Positions 29,296 through 36,552 of a stretch of DNA of 64,000 nt are shown one piece after another. The position numbers and the translations under genes are program-made. A model generated the notes under the pieces. It saw only the letters and a program-made list of their open reading frames with translations, had not been told where the DNA came from and did not search any database. Source of the DNA: a virus (Duplodnaviria; Caudoviricetes); the IMG/VR virus record IMGVR_UViG_3300012952_002053, positions 1 through 64,000 of that record; one strand, 5' to 3'. The first letter of the stretch is position 1, and the number at the start of each line of letters is the position of its first letter.

Positions 29296-30040
29296 TCCTT
29301 ATTTTAGTTGCACTAATTTCTTCTATGCTTTTATCAAAGTGTTCTTGTTCTATTTTATACCCTACATCTCTTCCGTATGTTATATTCACGATGTTTGGTA
29401 CCACTTTAATCTGCAACTTTCCTGCATAGTGTACTAATTCAAATTTTAGTTTTTGTGCTATGTCTTGTGCTAGATATGGATTACTTTCATCAGTAGCCAT
29501 GTTTCTAATCATTAAACATACTTGTCCATGTTTTGCCATTGCACGTTCTAACAATGCTTGATGTCCTTCATGCCATGGCTGAAATCTACCAAGCATTTGT
29601 GTTGTGGGAGCCTGTTCATCCCACATAAACACATTACCTAAACTCCATGCTATGTTCATAGCATCTTTATCATTCTTAGTTTTTATTCTGTAATCGTAGT
29701 TATCATCTTTCTCAAAAACTTTATTAGTATCTTCAAATCTTCCTTTTTTAATTGTGTCTACAAATATATTATAGTCTGCATTAAAATCTTTCCTAGCAGA
29801 TTTAAATGGACAAACAAAATCTGCTAATGCAATTTTTCCTTGTGCTTCTACTTGTTCACATTTACGTTGCATTCTAATTTTTTGTCTTAGCCTTCCGTCA
29901 TCTGAAAAGTCCCAATCATTTGCTTCTTCTCTAACTTTGTCTGCATTTATCCATGCAACTTTGTCTCCCAAATACTCGCAAAGTTTTTCTGCTAAAAAAC
30001 TTTTACCTGCACCAGGTAATCCATAAATTAAAACTTTCAT
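29276..30040 (-). CDS. cysC: Adenylyl-sulfate (APS) kinase fused to an HxGH nucleotidyltransferase-like domain
   Basis: P-loop GLPGAGKS, INADKVR, DWDFSDDGR, DFVCP, RFEDTNKVFE. The C-terminal domain has MLGRFQPWHEGH and ITYGRDVGY. Confidence 0.8.
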   Translation of the reverse strand: MKVLIYGLPGAGKSFLAEKLCEYLGDKVAWINADKVREEANDWDFSDDGRLRQKIRMQRKCEQVEAQGKIALADFVCPFKSARKDFNADYNIFVDTIKKGRFEDTNKVFEKDDNYDYRIKTKNDKDAMNIAWSLGNVFMWDEQAPTTQMLGRFQPWHEGHQALLERAMAKHGQVCLMIRNMATDESNPYLAQDIAQKLKFELVHYAGKLQIKVVPNIVNITYGRDVGYKIEQEHFDKSIEEISATKIRNEGKQT

Positions 30041-30360
30041 TTCACAAATAAGCCTTTAATGCTTTTCCCTTTACCCATGTCACCGTTAAAAGTCATTTGT
30101 CCTTTTAACACTAATGACATTGGATTTGCACCTTTTGTAAACATGTCTATCATTACATCTTTGTTTACAAAGCCTACTGTAATGTCAGCATTATCTAAGT
30201 TGCCTTCTTCTAGTGTTACTGAAGAGTCATGTACTTGCACATTAAACTTTCCATTGTCCTCATTTATTACATTTACATTTATGTCTATGTCTATTCCTTC
30301 AGATTTTACTTCGTTTAAATTAGTTGTTAGTGTGTTTCTTATACTGTCTATGTCTAGCAT
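30037..30360 (-). CDS. SCP2 (sterol carrier protein 2-like) lipid-binding protein
   Basis: EGNLDNADITV...MF...ANPMSLVLKGQMTFNGDM pattern. Start at 30360 after AAGGAG; the track starts at 30390. Confidence 0.8.
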   Translation of the reverse strand: MLDIDSIRNTLTTNLNEVKSEGIDIDINVNVINEDNGKFNVQVHDSSVTLEEGNLDNADITVGFVNKDVMIDMFTKGANPMSLVLKGQMTFNGDMGKGKSIKGLFVK

Positions 30361-30617
30361 ACTGTCTCCTTTGGATAACCTAAGTACCATTCTTTTATTG
30401 TGTTTACTCTTACATCACGCCACGCATCAACATCTAAGCCGTAACAGACTATTGTGTCGTTACTGCTATAGTTTTTGAATATCATTTGTTGTCCTGATAT
30501 ATCATTGTTCAACGTGCATGGCATAGTTCGAATTTCTTTTGTGTCTATCTTTTCAAATACAATAGTTACTACTTCTTTTTTAAGTGCATTAATTAATTCT
30601 TTTGTATTCACGTTCAT
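30354..30617 (-). CDS. SH3-like / WYL_2 (DUF2693-type) small phage protein
   Basis: LKKEVVTIVFEKIDTKEIRTMPCTL...GLDVDAWRDVRV. Start at 30617 by ATGA overlap. Confidence 0.7.
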   Translation of the reverse strand: MNVNTKELINALKKEVVTIVFEKIDTKEIRTMPCTLNNDISGQQMIFKNYSSNDTIVCYGLDVDAWRDVRVNTIKEWYLGYPKETVC

Positions 30618-32248
30618 TGTAATGCCTCTGCTTCTTCGCACATAAAATAGAATTGACTCATTTCAGGAAATGTTGCTAAAAAATCTGTGCCTCTTCTAGC
30701 ATCATGTTCATTAAAAAATTTACTGAAGTCTGCTCTATCTCTTAATAATTTGTCTCTAGGTAATTCTTTTTTCATATGTTCTAAATTTCTTTTTACCTTT
30801 TCTATTTCAAAATCTTTAAAACCTTCGTAGTCTACAAATTCTTCATTTGCTTTATTACGTTCCATAAACTGTATTGCTTCAACTAAATACTCCTGATAAT
30901 CCTCAGGAAGTATTTGTATGCTTTGCCAAGCAGGATTACGCAATAACGGTATGTCAAACCATATACGTTGTTCTGGTGTCTCCCAACCTAATGCATATTG
31001 TGTTTGCTTGTTCCATCTTTTTCTTAATGTTAATACACCTTCTAAAAATTCTTTTAAACTTGGTAAACTCATACAATTAAATGTGTTAATAAAATTAATA
31101 CTAGTATGATGTGTTTCATCTAAAAATCTATTTACATTGCTCCACACTTTGTTAAAATCCATACCATGTCTTATATATTCTGCTTGTTGTCCCCAGCCAT
31201 CTAAACTTACGAACACACTAAAGTTATGATATGCTTTGTCTTGATATTTGTATTCATATGTATAACTGTTGTCACCTTGTTCTTCACATTGTCCTATTTG
31301 TAAAAATGTTTGTTTAATTTCATCTCGTTCTATACTAGGCAAATCACTGTCATGATAACGTTTTGCATCTGCACCAATTATATAGTGGTCCCATGTTTGC
31401 CAATCTGTGCCGTCGTATGGATCTGGCACATATACTTCTGCACTATGCTCTACATTGTCTAATTTTTTAATCAACGTCATAAATCTATCAAACAATGCTG
31501 GTACTATAGGACACATGTTTGTTGTTATACTTAATTCTAAATCTTTGTTTGGATTTTCTAATACATACTCCATTACCTTAAATGTATTTTTATCCATTAG
31601 TGGTTCACCACCTGTCATACGAAAAACTCTTAATGTTTTAAACATTTCGGGCCACCATTTCCAAAATGCATTGACATATGGATTATCATCTTGCGATACT
31701 TTTAATGGCATAAGATTTTTATTTCTTAAACTGTCTATGTTATTATGTGGAGCAGTAGTTGGGTATTCTCCAAACTCGTCTATCTCTTCTTGCCATGCTG
31801 TACTTAGATGTGGACTGCAATAACTACATTTGAAATTACATGCTTGATTAAAATTTACTTCTACATAACGTGGATTTATATTACCACTAGCACCAGCATC
31901 CATTATATCTTCTTTACTTTCCTGTGCCCAATATTCTCCACTTCGATATATTCTGTCGCTTCTGTCACCTTGGTCTTCTATGTTCCAGCAATAACTACAC
32001 CCATCTGGTCTTTCTCCTTTTAACATTAATCTACGTTGTTCTTTCTTTTCTTCTGTGTTGTGTAGTGCTGTAGGATTGTTTTCTAATTCTTCTAAAGGTA
32101 CTTTATGAGTAGGTGGGTGGTAACAACTATGCGTCATGCCATTAGTCAAATGCATGGATACCTGGCTCCATTTGGCATAACACATTGATGGACTTATCTT
32201 GTCCAGTTGTTCTTGCGCCTTGTCGGCGTCTTTATCGTATATACTCAT
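30614..32248 (-). CDS. Radical SAM protein #8 (CxHP subtype)
   Basis: MCYAKW..SCYHPP..CSYC, CNFKCSYC, MTGGEP, ITTNM, SLDG. ATG at 32248 by TAATG overlap. Has a ~75-aa internal insertion. Confidence 0.9.
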   Translation of the reverse strand: MSIYDKDADKAQEQLDKISPSMCYAKWSQVSMHLTNGMTHSCYHPPTHKVPLEELENNPTALHNTEEKKEQRRLMLKGERPDGCSYCWNIEDQGDRSDRIYRSGEYWAQESKEDIMDAGASGNINPRYVEVNFNQACNFKCSYCSPHLSTAWQEEIDEFGEYPTTAPHNNIDSLRNKNLMPLKVSQDDNPYVNAFWKWWPEMFKTLRVFRMTGGEPLMDKNTFKVMEYVLENPNKDLELSITTNMCPIVPALFDRFMTLIKKLDNVEHSAEVYVPDPYDGTDWQTWDHYIIGADAKRYHDSDLPSIERDEIKQTFLQIGQCEEQGDNSYTYEYKYQDKAYHNFSVFVSLDGWGQQAEYIRHGMDFNKVWSNVNRFLDETHHTSINFINTFNCMSLPSLKEFLEGVLTLRKRWNKQTQYALGWETPEQRIWFDIPLLRNPAWQSIQILPEDYQEYLVEAIQFMERNKANEEFVDYEGFKDFEIEKVKRNLEHMKKELPRDKLLRDRADFSKFFNEHDARRGTDFLATFPEMSQFYFMCEEAEALQ

Positions 32249-32409
32249 TACCAATTATGTACTATATTTGTCATAATAAAAAATGCACAAACAACGTTGA
32301 CTAGTACAACAAATGTTCTTATAATTGTAACATAGTCATCATACTCTGCTGTTTTGTCGTCACTGAATGAACCTATGGCATATTTCCATATAGTCCAAAT
32401 TTTCTTCAT
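32248..32409 (-). CDS. Small membrane protein (53 aa; missing from the ORF track)
   Basis: MKKIWTIWKYAIGSFSDDKTAEYDDYVTIIRTFVVLVNVVCAFFIMTNIVHNW*. Overlaps of 4 nt and 1 nt fill the gap exactly. It resembles a family of small marine myophage proteins. Confidence 0.75.
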   Translation of the reverse strand: MKKIWTIWKYAIGSFSDDKTAEYDDYVTIIRTFVVLVNVVCAFFIMTNIVHNW

Positions 32410-33404
32410 TGTATCAATCCTTTCTCTAACAAATCTTGTATTTGTTTTTCACGTATCATTACACCCCAACGCCTAGGATTAACGTATGTCTTTTTAAAGA
32501 ACTTACACATTTGTTCGTTAGGATCAAACAACATCATTTCATTTATTGTGTCGTTTAGTTCTACACCTAAGTCTTGTATTCCTATGTATAGCATTTCTTT
32601 ATTCCAATTTACTTTTGTATATCTACAAACTTCGTCTCCTGGAAAACGTGGGAGTACGTCATTATTAAAAAATTCTTTAAACCAATCATAGTCTGATATT
32701 AAATTAGTATCCCAATCACTTAACACGGTCATCTTACATCCTAACCTTGCTCCGAAGATAGCCCATAAGCCATTCTCGACATCACTGCCTATGTTACACC
32801 ATGTTTGTAATCGATTGTAATTTTGCCACCATACTCTGTCTTTGAATTCATCAGGTTTAATTCTATCACCTTGGTCTAAACTCATCTTAACACCCTCACG
32901 GAAGCCAGCTCTAAAGGCTTGGAATGGACTGGCTGTTTGATGTACTTCTGAGAACGTATCGTTCAGTTGTATGTAGTTAAGTTTCCAACAAAACTCCATA
33001 CCTTCACCGTCAGTAGCGGCTTCGTGAGTGTTAATTGATTTAGTGTACTCTGTAGGCCAACACTTTAGTCCGCCATTGCCATAAACTAAACCATTTAAAA
33101 TATTTTTACCATTCCAACTAAAGATACTTTCAGCAATATTATTGCCGTCGTGGTCTGTGTCTGGAATGTCTAAACTTTGTTCGAAAAAATCATCCATAAC
33201 AATATTATCACCATCTACTGTGATAAATCTATCTGTTTCGGATTGGTTTGCACATTCTTTATGTGCGGCGTCGAAACCTTTTACTCCGTGAACACGTTTT
33301 GCCCAAGGTACTTTGTTAAGTAGGTCGGACCAATGTTCTTCGCAGTTGGGTTCGTCGTATGAAATGTAAAAAATATCTAGTTCTGTAACGTCTAGTTTAG
33401 CCAT
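32406..33404 (-). CDS. Glycosyltransferase-like protein (single-unit homologue of 3248-7198)
   Basis: LDIFYISYDEPN, KRVHGVKGFDAAHKECA, FITVDGD (DxD), YGNGGLKCW, FRAGFREGVKM. Confidence 0.7.
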   Translation of the reverse strand: MAKLDVTELDIFYISYDEPNCEEHWSDLLNKVPWAKRVHGVKGFDAAHKECANQSETDRFITVDGDNIVMDDFFEQSLDIPDTDHDGNNIAESIFSWNGKNILNGLVYGNGGLKCWPTEYTKSINTHEAATDGEGMEFCWKLNYIQLNDTFSEVHQTASPFQAFRAGFREGVKMSLDQGDRIKPDEFKDRVWWQNYNRLQTWCNIGSDVENGLWAIFGARLGCKMTVLSDWDTNLISDYDWFKEFFNNDVLPRFPGDEVCRYTKVNWNKEMLYIGIQDLGVELNDTINEMMLFDPNEQMCKFFKKTYVNPRRWGVMIREKQIQDLLEKGLIQ

Positions 33405-33443
33405 ATGTGCGTCCTGTTGTGTTTAACTACGCACATATTTATC
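33403..33443 (-). promoter_or_regulatory. T4-late-like promoter (33436-33443) overlapping a 10-bp hairpin that occludes the translation start
   Basis: The - strand reads GATAAATA TGTGC GTAGTTAAACACAAC AGGA CGCACAT ATG. Perfect inverted repeat at 33403-33412 / 33429-33438. Confidence 0.7.
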
Positions 33444-34052
33444 TTAATTTCTTGAGTATTTGTCGAAATTCTTGTGAGTGTATATACTGAACTTTTCCGG
33501 TATATCGTTTTTTCTTTTCAAAAGCACTACATTATCATTAGCAAATTCTTCTAAAGGTACTGCAACACGTTCTAAAAGTATGTGAGGTTCTTTTTCAGGT
33601 GTAACATAAAAGTTCATCTGTTGCTTAATCTTAGTTCCTTCTTTTACTGATATTACCCAATCATCTTTTGTAAAACTAAATTTTACATCGTAATCATCAT
33701 CTGTACTTGTAATCTCAGACAAAAAATCTCTACTTGCTTTTATCTTTGTTGTTTCTAAAGTTTTTAATTTAATATGACACACATCATGTTCATCTTCTTC
33801 TATGATAAACTCCGCCATACTTTTGCCTTGTGTGTCTATAATTTTTACATCTGAAGTTTTAAATTTATACATTTTACATTTTTTATAACTTCTCATGTCT
33901 GGCTTTTGTAAACCTTTACTAATAATATTTCCGTCCTCATCATACACAATGTATGTGTGACTTATCATTTCTGCTTGGGCTTCTTTTAATCCGCCTTTTT
34001 GTTCTTTTAATAGTGCCAGACGTTCGCCTGGTGTTAAATTATCCATCTGCAT
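33444..34052 (-). CDS. Hypothetical protein
   Basis: Long ORF coupled within the operon; no recognisable catalytic motif. Confidence 0.7.
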   Translation of the reverse strand: MQMDNLTPGERLALLKEQKGGLKEAQAEMISHTYIVYDEDGNIISKGLQKPDMRSYKKCKMYKFKTSDVKIIDTQGKSMAEFIIEEDEHDVCHIKLKTLETTKIKASRDFLSEITSTDDDYDVKFSFTKDDWVISVKEGTKIKQQMNFYVTPEKEPHILLERVAVPLEEFANDNVVLLKRKNDIPEKFSIYTHKNFDKYSRN

Positions 34053-34605
34053 ACCTATGATTTACTTTACTGTGATGCATTTCGTCTGCTCTAACTTTTA
34101 CAATTAAATCAGATAATTTTGCATCCTTTTTCATTTTATAATAATCAATTGCTAACTGAGGAGCAGGAACATTTTCAACTTGTCCGCTTTCTACTAATTC
34201 TAAATAGTCTGTATAACTCTTTACTGCTTCTTCCTCAAAGTATGCAATCATTCTATGTGCTAATTTATAACTGATAACATATAGTATAAAATAATATATC
34301 ATAAATGTTATTTGTGCGATTAACACTAAGGCTCTTTCTAACACATTGGGTTGAGCAATCTCAATAAAGAACATTAAATGCATTCTTTCATTTTCTGCTT
34401 CTGCCAACATTTCTCTTATGTCTGCTCCGTAGCCTGTTCGCATTTTTCTTAAACTTTTAAAATGCAACCACATACCTGCTACCATGCCAGGTACTCCTGC
34501 TACTGTTTCTAGTACAACTGCTCTGTGTCCATATCTTTTTGCAAAAAATGTGTCTGCAAAAAATCTAAAGAATTTAGCCATGCCTTTTGCTATTCTGTCT
34601 CTCAT
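34039..34605 (-). CDS. aox: Alternative oxidase (ubiquinol oxidase, di-iron carboxylate)
   Basis: LETVAGVPGMV, AENERMHL, FEEEAVKSYT, PAPQLAIDYY, VRADEMHH. All four Glu and two His ligands plus the conserved Tyr are present. Confidence 0.95.
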   Translation of the reverse strand: MRDRIAKGMAKFFRFFADTFFAKRYGHRAVVLETVAGVPGMVAGMWLHFKSLRKMRTGYGADIREMLAEAENERMHLMFFIEIAQPNVLERALVLIAQITFMIYYFILYVISYKLAHRMIAYFEEEAVKSYTDYLELVESGQVENVPAPQLAIDYYKMKKDAKLSDLIVKVRADEMHHSKVNHRYADG

Positions 34606-35465
34606 CTATTGACCTCTAATTCCATCTGTTGTATCTTGTCTTTCGACATCCATTCTTTTTGTACATAATGGAATGGTTGTGTAATTTGAAAATTACCTAT
34701 TTTAAAATCATTATAGTTTTTATAATATGTTGGAATACTTTTTGTCCAATCATCTTCTATTTCACTAGTAGGAATATTTTGTACAAAACTTTTCATATGA
34801 ATAAAAGTAGGCATATCTTCTATATGATCCATTGTGCATTCATCTTCTATACCTAAAAGTTGTATTGCTAAACTAAATGCCACATCAGCACTTAACCATT
34901 CTGGTTTGCCTTTTGGCATATATTTAAAATAAAACCTTTGCCAATTTTCAAAAATGATTTGAATCATTTTAAATAATTCTGTTGCAGTATCGCTTTTCTT
35001 AAAATAAAAAAATGCTGTATATACATTAGGCATTTTATTTCTTTTCATATGTAAACGATAATGTAAATCTTCTACTTTCTCTCCTCTAAATGTTTTAACA
35101 TTTGTACATGCCCAAACATCTTTAGTACTGAGATGTTCCCACCAATTACTTATGTCAAAAGGAAATATCATATCTGTATCTAGTATTACTGTTTCATCGT
35201 ATGGAGTCATATAATAATATTTCCACTTGTTATTAATTTTCCAGTCGGCATCAGTGGCTTCATCATTCCAAGGTATGTCAACTATTTTATCAAACATTTT
35301 TTTGTGTTTTGGTTGTATTAACGACTTTGTCTTTTTGTCTACACATACTGTTAGATTGCTTACAGTACTCTGCGTTAGTTTTAAATTCATAGCAAGAGCA
35401 TACGCCTGTTCAAGATAATCAACAGTATCGTTATTTTGTGCTATTACTATATAACCTTTACTCAT
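34602..35465 (-). CDS. GT8-like (GT-A) protein, paralogue 1
   Basis: MSKGYIVIAQNN..DY...AYALA, YYMTPYDETVILDTDM (DxD), YTAFFYFKK, ADVAFSLA, FHYVQK. Start at 35465. Confidence 0.65.
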   Translation of the reverse strand: MSKGYIVIAQNNDTVDYLEQAYALAMNLKLTQSTVSNLTVCVDKKTKSLIQPKHKKMFDKIVDIPWNDEATDADWKINNKWKYYYMTPYDETVILDTDMIFPFDISNWWEHLSTKDVWACTNVKTFRGEKVEDLHYRLHMKRNKMPNVYTAFFYFKKSDTATELFKMIQIIFENWQRFYFKYMPKGKPEWLSADVAFSLAIQLLGIEDECTMDHIEDMPTFIHMKSFVQNIPTSEIEDDWTKSIPTYYKNYNDFKIGNFQITQPFHYVQKEWMSKDKIQQMELEVNR

Positions 35466-35655
35466 TATTGTCAACTGTATTTTGTGTTTTGTTATTACTA
35501 TATAACTTTAACCACTCCCTATAAGACATTGGGTTTCTTTGTCTGTCGGCATATTTTTTATACTTCTCTTTATGTTCTTTTGATTTGTTCATTGTAGCAA
35601 CCCAACCATCGGAATTATTTTGCCAAGACTTACTGTTTGTCCATCCTTTAGTCAT
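35458..35655 (-). CDS. Small basic hypothetical protein
   Basis: Coupled ORF, Lys- and Trp-rich. Confidence 0.55.
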   Translation of the reverse strand: MTKGWTNSKSWQNNSDGWVATMNKSKEHKEKYKKYADRQRNPMSYREWLKLYSNNKTQNTVDNNE

Positions 35656-36130
35656 ACTTTGCTATTACATACATATTATGAACTATTACTGTACCTGTAA
35701 TGTAATTCATAACTACTATTTGTGGTTGATTACTATTTTGATATATAGGTATTGTTAATAATTTATTTGTAATTAATGCACGATTAGTTGGATCATCACT
35801 TAAAAATATATTACCTTCCTTAACGTTATCTCGATTGTTTAATGCCCATATAGTCATGCCAACATCTATAGCATGTAAAATATAAAATGTTCTACGTTCT
35901 TGTTGAGTAGGGTATTTGTCTATTTCAACAAATTGTAATCGTCTTTCTCTTTCTCTAAACAATAAAGTTTTATATGCTTCTGCATCTTTGCTAATTTGTT
36001 CAAAGTCAAAAGGTGTATTTTGTACATGCTGTTTTATTTCATCTTTTGTTAGTGCATTTGCTTTACTTGGTAAAAACAATAATATTGCTAAACCAATTAC
36101 TGCTCCCCACATTATTATTTTTTCTTTCAT
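35648..36130 (-). CDS. Hypothetical exported or membrane protein
   Basis: N-terminal signal-peptide-like segment ending ANA-L, with amphipathic C-terminal helices. Confidence 0.6.
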   Translation of the reverse strand: MKEKIIMWGAVIGLAILLFLPSKANALTKDEIKQHVQNTPFDFEQISKDAEAYKTLLFRERERRLQFVEIDKYPTQQERRTFYILHAIDVGMTIWALNNRDNVKEGNIFLSDDPTNRALITNKLLTIPIYQNSNQPQIVVMNYITGTVIVHNMYVIAKYD

Positions 36131-36131
36131 A

Positions 36132-36371
36132 TTATCTCCAAGGTAACATTGTCATACCAAGTTGATTCAAACCCAACTCTAATAATATGAATACTAATAG
36201 ACATGGGCCTAATTGCCATGCCCACCATTGCCAACCTTCTAAACTATCTACCCATTGTCTGAGTTTACTGTTTCGTGCTTTATCATATGCACCACTCTTT
36301 TCACCTATTCTGTTTGCCCAATAGTTTGGGTCAACCCAATCTTTTAATTTTTTTAAAAACTTAACTATCAT
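36132..36371 (-). CDS. Small membrane protein, hypothetical
   Basis: Trp-rich, with one C-terminal hydrophobic helix. Confidence 0.55.
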   Translation of the reverse strand: MIVKFLKKLKDWVDPNYWANRIGEKSGAYDKARNSKLRQWVDSLEGWQWWAWQLGPCLLVFILLELGLNQLGMTMLPWR

Positions 36372-36552
36372 CTATATGTTTCCAATCTTCTCTAAACAAA
36401 CAGAAGCGAGTATTGCCATCTCCAGTTTCATATACAAACTGCATTCCTAATAGTTGTACAACTGTGCCTTGGAATGTTCCGTTTAATCTACATGTATGCT
36501 CTATTAGGTCTCCTAATTCAGGTTGACGTTTTTTCTTACTAGGCATTAACAT
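36361..36552 (-). CDS. Small hypothetical protein (SH3/KOW-like beta pattern)
   Basis: LGDLIEH...FQGTVVQLL..QFVYET. Overlaps both neighbours. Confidence 0.5.
   Translation of the reverse strand: MLMPSKKKRQPELGDLIEHTCRLNGTFQGTVVQLLGMQFVYETGDGNTRFCLFREDWKHIDDS

Noticed and set aside
31225-31455. Mini-intein in rSAM #8 (the insertion ends in His-Asn)
   Set aside because: About 75 aa is too short, the next residue is Phe rather than Cys/Ser/Thr, and there is no block A or B motif.
9946-32248. Radical SAMs as viperin, QueE, MoaA, NrdG or anSME/PqqE
   Set aside because: The auxiliary Cys cluster is N-terminal, there is no C-terminal SPASM domain, and the lengths and motifs do not match those families.
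34039-34605. PTOX (cyanophage plastoquinol terminal oxidase)
   Set aside because: It has the AOX-type signatures LETVAGVPGMV and ENERMHL, not the PTOX-type ETIARVPYF, and no cyanobacterial genes appear in the window.
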